Part shown: positions 25,723-38,781 of the stretch, one piece after another
Layout of the letters: every line of letters starts with the position of its first letter
Position numbering within the stretch: position 1 is the stretch's first letter
Origin: Hydrolagus colliei
Taxonomy: Eukaryota
Assembly: GCA_035084275.1 (NCBI GenBank)
Contig: CM068756.1
Span: 8,494,001-8,558,000 of the forward strand
Reading direction: 5' to 3'
DNA length: 64,000 nt
Program-made: the position numbers and the translations under genes
Notes under the pieces: model-generated
Database searches by the model: none
Seen by the model: the letters and a program-made list of their open reading frames with translations, nothing else
What the model was told of the DNA's origin: nothing

Positions 25723-26564
25723 CTGTGACAAAAATCAAAACATATATATATTATACATGCGTGTCTATAGTTGGTTACAGCAAGTGCTCACTTCAAGGGG
25801 ATTGAAAATCAAGAGACTGGATGGAGCACATTCCTTACATAAATGGTGTTGAAAAATCATCATTCATTGAGAAGTCTAAGCTCATTAAGAACATGGATAA
25901 GATTGAAAGTACAAACATTTCTACAGTTATTCTTAGCCGAATCAAATATGACAATGCATCAAATGTCTTTAAGCATTAAACGCACAGTATACTTTTGCAT
26001 TATAAAGGATTTAGCAGCAGCAGATCAAAGCCCTAGGCAATCAAATATGTAGCTGTCTTTTCGTGATCTGGATTAGCTAAATTGCTTTAAAACAATCTCT
26101 AAAGTGCTTGACAGAATAAAGGCATATCAAGGCAGATTAGTTAATCAAATATCGCTCTCTCAAAGTAAACAAAAAATTACAATTATCTCATAAAAGTGAG
26201 CAGTGACATTTTGATGGAACTGTTCATTTACTTTTTCATCACAACTGACCAAGAGAGATTTGGGATTTGTTGACCTTGAAATTTAGTTGATCTGCATTAA
26301 ACCCGTACCAGTTCTTAAAATGGATCATGTCGAAAAACAGAAAAATAACCATCCCTTATTTATCCCTTGCAACATACAATGCATTTCTCTTTTTAATAGG
26401 CAGAACAGCGTGGTTCACTGCAAGAGTAAGAGTAAGAACAATCACCATCAAATATTGTGACAAGGACGTCAACTGCAACTGTTATCATTTAAACATAAAT
26501 ACATGACAAGAACTGAAAGAAAATTAGTGTTTCAATGGTTAGGACTGTAAGCAAACAAACATAC

Positions 26565-26834
26565 CCTGTTGAATTCCTCAGGATCATCGTCATTTACAGA
26601 GCTGGAAGGAGATGGGGTAGCGGACTTGCTAGCAGGGGGTGAGGGTGAACTGTGTGGCATGTTAGCACCTCCTAAAGTTAACCCCAGCTGTGCACTCAGC
26701 TGAGATTGGTTTATAGTGGTCAGCTGACTGTGTTGCATCCTTCCTGTTTGATTAACATCGGTCAAGTGAACAACCGACCTCATGCCCATGGTAGGATCAT
26801 GGTGGTACTGGGAAACTTGCGTCTGACCCAGGTC
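26565..26834 (-). CDS. TOX3: TOX3 coding exon 4 (270 nt, [10 protein letters not shown]...[22 protein letters not shown])
   Basis: Motifs [16 protein letters not shown] and [17 protein letters not shown] match TOX3; acceptor gcag, donor AGG|gtatgt. Confidence 0.96.
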
Positions 26835-29800
26835 CTGCGTTAGAACAAGAATAAAACACGATTCAAGAATAGAAGGTGAACTGGCACACACCTTACGGAA
26901 GTGGGATTTAGACCATCCCTTTCTTTCTACGGTTAGATTTGGATGACAACGTCAGGCCCGGCGATGAGAGAAGATAGGCATCTCCGCACACAAAGCTGGG
27001 TTGATAATGACCAGTCACGGAAGTAGCCATCTCTCTCATGCGTTACCGCTGATCCCAAGATATTTCTGGTGTTAAAACTGCATCTTTAACTGGTACACTC
27101 ATGGTCTACAAAAGTAAAGCTGGTTGAACACCAAATTAGTGATGTAAACATTTGTTCGTTAGGTCTGCTTTATCAATGGAGTTGTTTGTAACACGCCATG
27201 GCTAGCTATCTTTCACAAGTATAGCACCAAGAAATCAGGTTAAATCACTTTGGATTATCGTTTTTAATATTCTGGGCAAGTGTAGTCATTTAACATGCCA
27301 AATGAACAAGGTACGATGTGTTAGCAATGTATCCTTCCTTCTCGACGAGTCCTGTTTCAATGATACATACGATGATGGGATGAAACTTTCCTCTTTCTCT
27401 CTGCCACTAAGTAATCTCTCACTAGTTCTAACATGCGTAAACCATAATCACAAAAACTGTCATAATTAATTGAAATTAATTGGAACTGAACTAGTTACTC
27501 AATCAAAGAGACCTTCAAAGAGGTTGAAGACACTGATAGAAGGAAAGTGTATTGATGAGGTTGGGTGAATGACAATTGCAAAAGGATTTGTAAATGGGAA
27601 GTCTGGATGCTCCTTTAGTTACAAATTAGTTTGCAAATCTTAAAATTAGACTCTGAAATATGCAAAAATCTGGAAAATATTCCATTCCCTAAGGCCAGAT
27701 CTCGGCACAGTCATCCCTGACAAAGTTGAGTGCAAGTATTGACCAATATTCAAGCCTAAAAGAAATTCACCTCCCTTTGTAATCCAAGCATGGATGAGGA
27801 ACGCTATATAAACATATCACCATAGGCTCCAGCACAATAAAGTAAGTGGCCTACAGTCCATTTACTTTTACCCATATCTATATGTCTATTCTTTGTGAGT
27901 AAAAGATTTGCCTTTAATGGGCTATTAAATCTCTGTAGCCTTCTGGCACAAATTACAGAGAGAGATTGAAAAACCCAACACTCTTATTAAGGGACATTCA
28001 CTATCAGTCAGTTTAGATCGTTTGTGGTCGATTTTTGGATAACTGGAAACAATGGGATTTAACAGCCCCACAATCGTGCGCTGTTATTCTGCTGCTTTCT
28101 TACAATAGCACAGTCCTTGTAAATCAACCTTTTTGTCTTGTAATGAGATGCATGCTGTAGAGAATGTCTCATAACATCACACAGCATTAAATGAAGCATG
28201 GAAATATGGGGAGTCAAGATGCAATAGCCTCATCATAGAGATTGTGTTAGAACTGAACGCATTGTAGTGAGGGTGCTTGTGCTATAACAATCGATTCATC
28301 CACTGTTAAACTTCAACAATGGGAACTACAAATACACTCAGATATAAACCATTTTCTAAATGCACGATATTGTGAGTGAAAGTCTTTATTGCTATCTGCA
28401 CCAGCTAAAATGCTATATTAAAAAAATGTTGACAGAATCGAGAAAAATAATGCTCTGCAGCCATTGAAATAGCTCATGTCACGTTTGTGTGGCAAAACAA
28501 ACTGACAGGCAAAGCAAATCACAGGCCAGTTCTTCGGATTAAACACAAAAGGTGCCGCAAATTTAAAAAATGTAACCAAAGCAACCCTTGCAAAATGTGA
28601 GAGCTGACACAAAAATCATTAAGGAACTTATCAATCGGGTTCCTGGTTCTATTTCAAATCTGCCGGGGTGGGGGTGGAATTAAATGTCAACTAAGGAAAC
28701 AAATGCCATTTTTAAAAGGGATAAAAATGAGTTCTAATTATAACCCATTCTGAAGAGCAGGGAGATAATCACTGTCTTGGTAAATTTCCATCACCTCTTT
28801 ATAACTTAAAATCTCCTGTTCCTTAACTCCTACACCAAAGGCAATTTGTTTTACTTGATGTCTTGTGGCCACTGATGACTGTGCATTGCAGAGACACGTT
28901 TGTTTTCATCATTGAGACTCATTTGCTTAAACGTCAAATTTGCGGAAACTTTTTCAATTACTGCTTGCTGAATCACATTGGCTTTTCAACAGGCCATTGT
29001 GTTTCATTTGTAAAGTTATTTTTGCTATAATGGAAAATTCCATAGGTAAAGTAATGTCTTTTGTAAAGAGGAAATCAACAGCTGTGGAGTGAACACTTTG
29101 TCCAAAAGAACCAAACGTTCCAGACATTAAGCATTTTAATGGTCCATAAAAGTGCTATTTCACTTGCAGCTCTGGAAAACAAGATTGTTAATTCACTCAA
29201 TTGATTAAAAATGTGGATTTGTTTGGAGGTACAGTACTTGCAATGTTTTTCAAAATGAAGGCTGAAAAATTACTTCTTGTACCACTCAACATTAAATTGT
29301 ACTAGAAATCACAAAAATAAATCATTAAATATGATTGTTTGCAACAAAGTAATGTATACAGACAAATGCTTCCCTCAGATCAATTTTTACAAATGATTTT
29401 TTAAGCAAAATGTAATTCAACATTGAGGATCGGGATTGTCACAAAGGTCTAATTAGATTTCAATATGTTTTCTACACAATGGTCTTTTGTAACTATTAGA
29501 TGCATTGATTCATACTTTCAGAGATTGCAACTATGCACTTGGAGAGAAAAGGCAGTGATTTCAGGATTTTTTTTTTAAAAAAAGGTCTTTGAATGGAAAA
29601 GTAGGTCCCTTCTAAGTATGGAAATGCATCCAATGTTGCAACTAACTTTCTAGGTGGTGTGTTTATGGCCACAAGGAGGAATCCCCATTTGCAACTCAGA
29701 ATAATCCAAATTCCTCTTTGAAATCAGCACAGCCTCAGCACTCTTGCCTGTAAACGCAAACAGGTACAAATTCCGGTCAGCGTTACTAGGATGTGAGCCA

Positions 29801-30539
29801 CCATAATGGGAAATTTCATTTTAAAACCGTGATATCACCAACGATTTGAGCTTCAATCTCAGTTGAATCTTGTCACCTAAAAGGAATACAAACTCATAAA
29901 TAAACAATGAACTGGGCTAATTCCAGTAGGTGTGGACACGAGCTGGTACTCTGAAACTGTATACACTTCAGTAAATTACACACTTAATAGTACACTATAT
30001 ACACTTCAGTGAAATCTACTGCATTAGCTGAATAATAAATGAGGACTGAGGGATGATGCATTTCACTCTGACATTCACTGTTCTTTCAGAGTTAATATCA
30101 GAATTCATTAAAACTAACCTTACATAACATACAGCAAAGTCCTCTAGCACTTCCAAGTCAAAGCTGGAAAGACTGTTAACAAGTTCAATTTTCATTCAAT
30201 CAGCAGTAGTGCTCTCTGAAATGTTTCATTGCAGAAGAGGAATAAAATAATCTATATGGTAATTATGAGGATGAATCCCCCAGCAACTTTCACCAACATG
30301 AAAGGTCAGCTCTATTCAGACATTTTATCAGCCCTCTGCACATACTCCTGTTCTGTCAATTTAAATGTGAACTGTGTTTTATTTTCTCATTCACAACTAC
30401 CTGCAGAATTAAGCTCTTAAACCAAATGAGAAAAATGAAATTCTGAATGCTACCAAAGCCTATAATAGTGCAGAGATAAATCGCTCAGCTGTTTTCCCTG
30501 AAGTCTCTAGGGCCGAGGATTTTTCTGCGGTGCACTGTG

Positions 30540-30727
30540 NNNNNNNNNNNNNNNNNNNNNNNNNNNNNNNNNNNNNNNNNNNNNNNNNNNNNNNNNNNNN
30601 NNNNNNNNNNNNNNNNNNNNNNNNNNNNNNNNNNNNNNNNNNNNNNNNNNNNNNNNNNNNNNNNNNNNNNNNNNNNNNNNNNNNNNNNNNNNNNNNNNNN
30701 NNNNNNNNNNNNNNNNNNNNNNNNNNN
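30540..30727. other. Assembly gap (188 N)
   Basis: Run of N. Confidence 1.
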
Positions 30728-33700
30728 TCTGAAACTGATGTACTACAGAAGTCATTGCTACTCAGTGGGCTGGACAGATTGTGGAGAGGTGCTAAGGGAA
30801 TCTGCTAAACCACTCGCCACGGTTTCAAACGAAACACAGGGAACCCTATTGTAATGCCCTTCAATATAACGCTGTTCTGCTTATAACACGGGCATCCTGT
30901 GCGCCCACAAAAATCAGACGTGCAGTGTGTCCAGTTTCTGTTGTGACTAGCCAGCTTCACACACTAAAAAAAGACTGACTTCTGCATAGGCAGGTCACCA
31001 CTGACATCAGTTCCTGCGCTCTGCATATACACGCATACTATATGTGCAGGATCGAAGCATCATTGTTGCCACTTCCAATTCACACACAGTCATGAGTGAT
31101 GCTTCCTGCATATAGCACACATACACAGCACACAGGAAGTAACTTCAGGGACAACATAGTCAGTTTTATTTTACATGCGCGTCACTCATAATGAACCCAC
31201 TGAGATATTGAACCAAATCAGCTGTATTATAATGGCCTTTCCCCATTGCTCTTGTCCAATTGTTTCAGTGGATGAAATCACTGATGGGAGTGGCACTAAA
31301 CCATATGAACCAGAAGGTCACAGGTTTGATCTCAACTGGGAAGCAATCAAAGTGGACTACAATTAGCTGTAATGCCTGCAAAGAGAGGAGGGAAGAATTC
31401 AGCCATGTTTCCAGTCAGGTTCACTGTCCAGCATACAAAAGGTTCAACTTATCTGCCGACTTACAGTGTCTCAAGACCCTTCTCTTGGACCATGCCACTA
31501 GTCACATTCCTTTCCCTTCCCTGCCTGACCCTAGGTCAGTTCTGAAACACTGACACTCCAGCGCCTTAGGATGTCCTCCCGATGTGAAAGGTGCATTACA
31601 AATGTAATTTTGTTGTGTTGTTGCTGCTTTTAAGTGTTTCCTTCCCATCAATTACACCAGGGCTATTGCCCAACGCTCTAAACCACGGCACTTTCCCAGG
31701 GACAGTTTGCCACTTTGAACAAAGACATTCAAAATAGTCAGGCTTCTGTCAAACGTGTGAGGGCCAATTAGGCTGTAAGTGGCATTTCTCCACACGGGAC
31801 AGAGAAAGCCATGGAGAACATGACAGCCTTTTTGGCAAAGTCTACAAGAACTCAGAGGCCTGAATAATGTTTCAATTACATCCTAAGGTCTACCAAGATT
31901 ATAAACTGTACTGTGAGCAGGTGGATAATAAATGGGTATCGACTCCTGGAAGTGTATAATCCTGTAAAGTCTTGCCTCCCACTCAGGTGTAATTTGTGGA
32001 CTATTGATGTGGCTGGTAAGGTTTTGATGACACAATAAGCAGCATAAGGGAGCCTAAGCTTTCCATTGCTCCTCCCCCTTGGAGAGAGGAGATAAACTAT
32101 TGCTAAATACCAAATACTGACCTGGACTCTTTCAACATTTGTCTACTGGAGTTTGAACTCAGAGAAATGGTCACTTGGTGAAAGTACAAGACTGCTTGCT
32201 GCAGAGTTTGTGCATCAGATTTTGGCAACAAAATGACATTGTCCTTTGCATCTGGGATAAGAATCCACGCAAAGAATAATTCTAGATGATGATTATTATT
32301 GGGCACAATTTAATTAAACGTAGTGCTTACTGTTGCCAAAATACAAATTACAGCATATAATGGATTTAGTGTTTTAAAATCTTTGAAACTGAGACCATTA
32401 ATTGTACAATTGTGCTATTTCTGACATGCTAAACAGGTCAGAATATATTTTTCAAAATTGATCATCAGGAAAGGTCAGTGTACAGATTTGTCAAACATGA
32501 GAAATCACGTGTTCTGTTATACACTGTGCGCTCAGAGGACAATAGATGTCTGTCATCCAAGTCGGGGTTTACATGTTGTTAGCAATTGAAGTCCAAGTGG
32601 TTTAACTCATCATCAGAATCCCAGACGAGACAATTGCCTGAAATTCACTTCTAGATTCTAAGCCCTAACCTCTGGCACTACCTACATTTTGCCCGCTCTC
32701 TGTCTAAATCCTGCCTTAAACCTACCTCTTCGAATGTGCCTATGGTCAGCCCCCTTCTCTCTCCTCTCCCTGACTCAGCACCCTACTACGTGCACCAAGA
32801 TGCTGTCCTGCATGTAGGGCGCTATGTAAATGCAAGTTATTGTCATTGTCCTCTTTGTAAAGCACTCCGAGACATTACCCTACACGAAGGGCACTATATA
32901 GATGAAAGTTGTTGTTGTACAAGAATCCTATTTATATTTATAGTATAAATCAGAGAGTGATTCTTTTATGGTCTTTGATGCAGAATCTTCCAATGGAATT
33001 CTTGCTCCAGGATTTTCTTTTAGCAGTGTTATGTCACTGGGGATTGAGGGAATTAAGTTCCATTCTATCAAGGCAATAGATGCTATTAGTCTCTGTGGGA
33101 ACAAAGAACACCTTGTACAGTGAGTCTAGTCTTGTTGTGTGAAGTGTAATTTGTGTCTCTATTTGTTTTATATTTTGGTCATTGCAAAACCTTATAGGCC
33201 CAGAGGATGAATGGATCATGTCATCCTTCACCTGATGAAAACATCTGCTTGAGATAATAATAACAATAATAGCGTTTGATACAGTTCCTTATCATGTTAA
33301 AATATCTCAAAATGCTAGTTTCGGAGGAATTTGCTTTGAAATGAAGCGATTGTGTATTTGATAAAGGAATGCAGCAGACAATTTGCACATTGCAGTGTCT
33401 CACAATTAGTCAATAAGTATAACTTTTTTAAAAACCTGAAGAATTGTTAGCCCCCACCCCCCCATTCCCCAGCATTACTTGTTGGTGTATAAATCTAGTC
33501 TCTCAACTCAAAGTGAGGCTTGAACCCACAACCTTCTGCTTCAGAGGCAAGACAACTACCAACTCAAGTCAAGTTGTCAGACTTTACAGTTTTCTAGGAA
33601 AGTCTCCAAATGGGGTCTATTATAATCTCAATGTTGAAATAGCCCTATTACATTTGTGTAAATGTTTGCACTGTTCACAGTTATAGGAGTTCACCCACAA

Positions 33701-35959
33701 AATACACAGTCACTACACTAGCAGCATAATCAGTAAAACATTTTGAGACCAGTTTGTCTAAACTGATTTTGAATGTAGGATACAGAACTTTCTGCCCCTG
33801 CCCCTGGCTCGGTCCCGGGATCAGTTATTGTAAAGCGCTCTGAGATGCTGTCCGGCGTGGAGGGTGCTATATAAATCAAAGTTGTTGTTGTGGTTTCGGG
33901 GCAGGGGGTAGAATATGACTATTTTAAGTACATTTGTTAAATAGCATACCAACTATGTCTGTTAACTACTATTTATATTCAAAAAGAAGCTTAAACATTG
34001 CCTTTGTTAATGCAATCAGTCCAAACTCATAGAAGCTATAGGAATATAAAGATCTGAGACATATCTGTAAAACATAGCCCAAGCTAGCCATATATCCATC
34101 CAATTAGTGTCTAGTTTGAATCAGTCTGCAAAAATTAGTTTCCCATTTTAGAGTATCATAAATTTGCTCAACAGCTATTACTTCTACAGAATTGAATCGT
34201 TTCATTGTCAGTCTTGAAAGCAAAATACTTCCTTCCAGCAGAATGTGTCAATCATGCAGTGAGCAAATACTGAAAATCCTCATATAAAGCAGGAAAGTGC
34301 TTAATGCCTGAAAGGTAAATTATATCCTTGTGGTGTAAAGCTGCACTCTCCATAAACTAAAAATATCTATGTCTGTGTCGTTTAATGGAAAAATGAGTGA
34401 ATGGTGCACTGTATGCTGCCTCTAAGGAAAACCATTATTTCTTTTAATTGAGGATCCATAAGTAATTTCGTTTTATCCAGTATTCACACAGTCCTGTGTG
34501 CTAACAATGTTTCCACTACAGTATTTTGCAAATCATGATGAAAGCTGATACATTCTTTTAAACAAGAAAACCTGCTTTGTGGTCTGGCATACTCTGTATT
34601 TCCATGCATTACCTCAGGGAAATGGAAAGGTGATGTATCAGTGCTGCATCGTTGAAACCCACCAGTTTCCTTCTTAAGGGAGAAATAAAAATAGGGACAT
34701 AACCTATTTTAATATAACCCTGTGGCATTTTACATTCTGTGGTTGAGCAGGTAAGGATGATGTGTACATGTGCACGAATGTGTTTGTATCGGGTGAACAT
34801 TCCCTATTTTCTCCCCCTTCTCTTTATCCATTCTGTCCTCCATCATGAAGATAGCAGAAGAGGTTCTTAATTCAACCCATTAAGAAGGATAATTGAACAT
34901 TGCACACAAAGTTACCTTCCTGCCTGTTCTACCTCACCTGTCTCCCAGAGAAAGATATATGCCTGGAGCACAATTGTTAACAGGAGTACGGGTACGATTA
35001 CCCTACCAACAGGGAGTCAGGAAACTGTAAGGAATCCATGATCACAATGTTTTTTTATATGAAAGAAAGTCGCAAATGGCCTGTAAAGATTGAAACTTGT
35101 TTAAAAAGTTTGACATGGCTCTTTTGCATGCTACAAGCAATGGTGCCCGATGTTCATTCCCACCCTTGCCTTCTTCCTCTATTGGTGCTAATAATTCAAA
35201 TTATCATAGCGCAAGTCATGAAGGTATGCAAAAAAAACATTTAGGACTTTGTTTTTCCACAAAATTAAAAAAATATTAACAATTGTGCTCTTAGATGCTC
35301 ATTATTTTGGTTTTCTTGGATGATTTATAATTCTGTCAAAAAAAAAGTAAAATTACTGTTTTGGCCAGCATAAAATAGGCCGAAACACAAGCACAGAAAG
35401 ATGCCGTAAATTGGATTCTTCTGCATTCAAGAAAGGAGATTACAGTGTCTGGTAACTCAAAAGGTTTAATGCATGCTGTGTAAACATTTCACAGCTTGTC
35501 TACAAGTATGAGTATCTAAGAATTCTGCATCCCTGAAGCAGCTGTGTTGCATTTTATCTGCAAGGCTCGGGCTCCATTTAAAACACCTGCTCTTGAGTAT
35601 GCACTCGTGCTATACCTGTCTCTCAATCCTCTTTCACTAGCTTGTGTGATAATCTCTGCAAACATCGAAACGGTAGTTAAAAACACACTGAACAGTAAGA
35701 TGCCACACCTGCACATGTGCATTGCCTTGCCTTTGCTAAAGGACAGTAACAAATTGGTTATATTGATGTTTCTGAATTAATACAAGATACAGTATTTAGA
35801 ATTTGAAAGTTGTTATTTGCACAACACATTTCTTCAGGAAGGCTAAAGTTACCTTCATACACACAGCAAACCAACGGAAAATCAGTCACTGTCTACTGCG
35901 GTCTTGGACGGCAGAAAGTAATACATGTTCTCTTACTGTTATGCTTGTTACAGTAAACA

Positions 35960-36226
35960 GATAAGGAGATAGTTTCCTGTAGTTTGCGGAATCCAGAACA
36001 AGAGAGCATCCTCTAAATATGTGAGCTAGTCCCGTTAGCACCGAAAGATGACAAGGATAGTTCTTTCCTCAAGAGTTGTGGGTTTGTGGAAATCACTGTC
36101 CCAAAGGTTCAGTAGTGAGTAGGGCTATTGGGATGAAAGCTAGGTATATTGAGTTACAAATTAACCATATCATCTAAGGAAACAGTGAAGTAGGCGAGAT
36201 GGTCTGAATTGCCTACTATTGTTCCT
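35960..36226 (+). mobile_element. Degenerate CR1 3' end
   Basis: tccagaacaagagagcat...agagttgtgggtttgtggaaatcactg...ggtctgaattgcctact. Confidence 0.6.
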
Positions 36227-36320
36227 CAGCAAAACACATTTGTGATGACCCAACTGAATTCTGATCAACGTTTTCATGGTTCTCACCTGCTATTAAAAGA
36301 CAGCAAGAAAAATTAAGGTT

Positions 36321-36750
36321 TACAACAACAACAACAACAACAACTTCCATTTATTTAGCATCCTTCATGCAGGCTAGCATCTAGGAGCGCTTAACAATGG
36401 CGGAGCCTGACACAGAGCCGAGCGAGGAAGTGTCCGTAAGTATGGTGGAAGAGAAGAGTCTTCAGGGTGATCTGAAAAGGGGGAAGGATAGGGTAGTGAT
36501 TGTTGTAGAGTTCCAAAATTTTGGGGGTACGGTGAGTGATTCCAATTGTCAATTAGAGGGCATGAGGACAAGCAGGAAGGAGGCTGGAGTCAGGCAAGCA
36601 GAGTCAGCAGATGGTGGAGTGGGGAGTAAGCAAGTTGGAGAGCTACAAAGGTGACAGGATGTAAAGGGATTTGTAGACAAGTATGAGGATCTTGAAGTCA
36701 TCCATTTTGTGATAGGGAGTCAGTGAAGCCTGGTGAGGATTGGTGCAATG
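36321..36750 (-). mobile_element. Degenerate L2 3' end
   Basis: (ACA)n tail, stem-loop and purine-rich reverse of the L2 ORF2 C-terminus (gagttccaaaatttt; gaggatcttgaag). Confidence 0.65.
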
Positions 36751-37214
36751 GGAGATTTAAAGTTTACAGTGGGTGAGTTTACGGGTGTCAGAATTTCTAA
36801 GAAGACCCACATTTGTGACTCCGATCAAAAGTTCCAAAGTTTCAAGATCACAATTGTTACCTTTATTTTTCCAAAGCTCATTTTATATACTGCCATGCTT
36901 GCATTTGATATACCGCTTTATCATGTCAAAACGTCCCATTTGGCTGCCAAGAAACATCTTTGCAGAGTCACTCACTGCATGAACGTCACTTCCACTTTAT
37001 CTGGGTGACGTTATACACAAGATGTTTGCAGAACATCAGTGTCTCCTCATCAAGCAAATCAAACTTCTCTTTCACAGTGAAAGGATGATTGTGTACATGT
37101 GAGTTTAAGGAATGATGGGGCTATTTATAATTTGTCATTTTTGACTTAAACTTATGTGTCTGTAAAATTTCTGATGAGGAAAGGTTGGGAATAAATCAAC
37201 AGGTACTTAGCATT

Positions 37215-38297
37215 ATATACATGCTCCCTCTGGGCAATGTCATCCATATACATGCTCCCTCTGGGCAATGTCATCCGCAAACAGGGGGTAAATTTCCACA
37301 TGTATGCGGACGACACCCAGCTGTACCTCTCTGCCTCATCCCTCAACCCCCAGACCATCGATGTTCTGACAGCATGTTTGTCCGACATCAAGTCCTGGAG
37401 GAGGGACAATTTCCTCCAATTGAACGTGAGCAAAACCGAGGCCCTCCTGATTGGCTCAAGCCAGCGCCTCCGCACATCGGGCGCTGCCAGCATCAACATC
37501 CAAGGCTGTACTCTCCACCTCACAAAGCCAGTCAGGAACCTCGGCATCACGTTCGACCCCAAACTCTCCTTCCTCCCCCATATCCACGCCTTGACCGGCA
37601 CCGCCTATTTCCACCTGCGCAACATTGCCAGGCTTCGCAACTATCTCACTCCCCACGCTGCCGAAACACTCGTGCATGCGTATATCACCTCACGGCTGGA
37701 CTATGGAAACTCTCTCCTTGTCGGCCTCCCCAGCTCCTCCATTCACCGGCTGCAGATCATCCAAAACTCTGCAGCCCGTGTACTATCCCGCACCTGCCTC
37801 CGCGACCACATGACCCCCACCCTCGCCCGTCTCCATTGTCTCCCCATCCCCCAAATGATCGAGTTCAAGATCCTCGTCCTCACCTTCAAGGCCTTACACA
37901 GCTTTGCCCCGTTCTATCTTTCCGACCTACTCTCCCCCTACAAGCCCACCCAGACCCTCCGTTCAGCAGGACTTGGCTTGCTCCAAGCCCCCCGCCCGAA
38001 CCACCCCACCACCGGAGGCTGGGCCTTCAGTTTTTCCGCTCCCACCCTTTGGAACTCCATCCCCCAATTCCTCCGCCTTGTTTCCTCCCTTTCCTCTTTC
38101 AAGGCCGGTTTGAAGACTTTCCTTTTCAACTGTGCCTTCTGTTCCCCCCCTAATTTTTCGACCTCCCCTACGTTTTTTACCCCTTCCCGAACACTTCCCT
38201 CCCATCTCGGGTCACACGCCTCCTGTGCAGCGCCTTGTGACGTCCTCCCGACGTGAAAGGCGCTCTATAAGTGCAATTTGTTGTTGTTGTTGTTATT
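37215..38297 (+). mobile_element. 5'-truncated L2-clade LINE (RT C-terminal half plus 3' tail), antisense in TOX3 intron 3
   Basis: Open frame with FHMYADDTQLY, LNVSKTE, VRNLGITFD, SRLDYGNSLL, APTLWNSIP, FKAGLKTFLF; ends in a stem-loop and (TTG)n tail; ATTATAT at 37212-37218 and 38298-38304 as possible TSD. Confidence 0.95.
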
Positions 38298-38529
38298 ATT
38301 ATATGTCTTAGAAAAGACATTAGGAAGTGCTTGTATGGTGAAGATGTGGATCTTTGTGAGTGTTGCAGAAATGGTTGTGAACAGATGTTATTTTTTAAAA
38401 ATCTCAGTATTAAGTACGGATGCCTTTCAACGTTTAAAGAAATTATAATCAAATGGATTCAAAGCCGTGTCTCGTCTGTGCTCAAAATAAAAAAGCTGTT
38501 GTATTATAGGCAATGTAGGTGCCACCTAC

Positions 38530-38781
38530 CACAGACAAGCCATTGTTCAGGAGTCCACCATCTTGGTCCATAATACTTCTGGATATTGTGATGGAAGGCA
38601 GATCCAGGCTTTGTGGAGGAAAGTGGGGTGTGAATTCATTTCCCTGCGATGGCAGTGGATCATTAAGGCCTTGAAAAGCTGACACCACATCTGTTAGTCC
38701 CAGAGTGGGGTCTGTTTCTGGTGGTGGGGTAATGGGTGGAATCTCAAATTCCTCATCCCCAAGGCTTGGAGTGTGGAATGT
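38530..38781 (-). CDS. TOX3: TOX3 coding exon 3 (252 nt, [21 protein letters not shown]...[28 protein letters not shown])
   Basis: TOX-family motifs [17 protein letters not shown] and [15 protein letters not shown]; acceptor tttag, donor GTG|gtaggt; phase 0/0. Confidence 0.96.

Noticed and set aside
30507-30850. TAGGG...CCCTA ends around the N gap as a third hAT element
   Set aside because: The flanks (gaagtctc / ttgtaatg) give no TSD and the ends do not match beyond 5 bp; ORFs here are gap artefacts.
37152-38205. Alternative-frame and antisense ORFs over the LINE
   Set aside because: By-products of the C-rich L2 ORF2.
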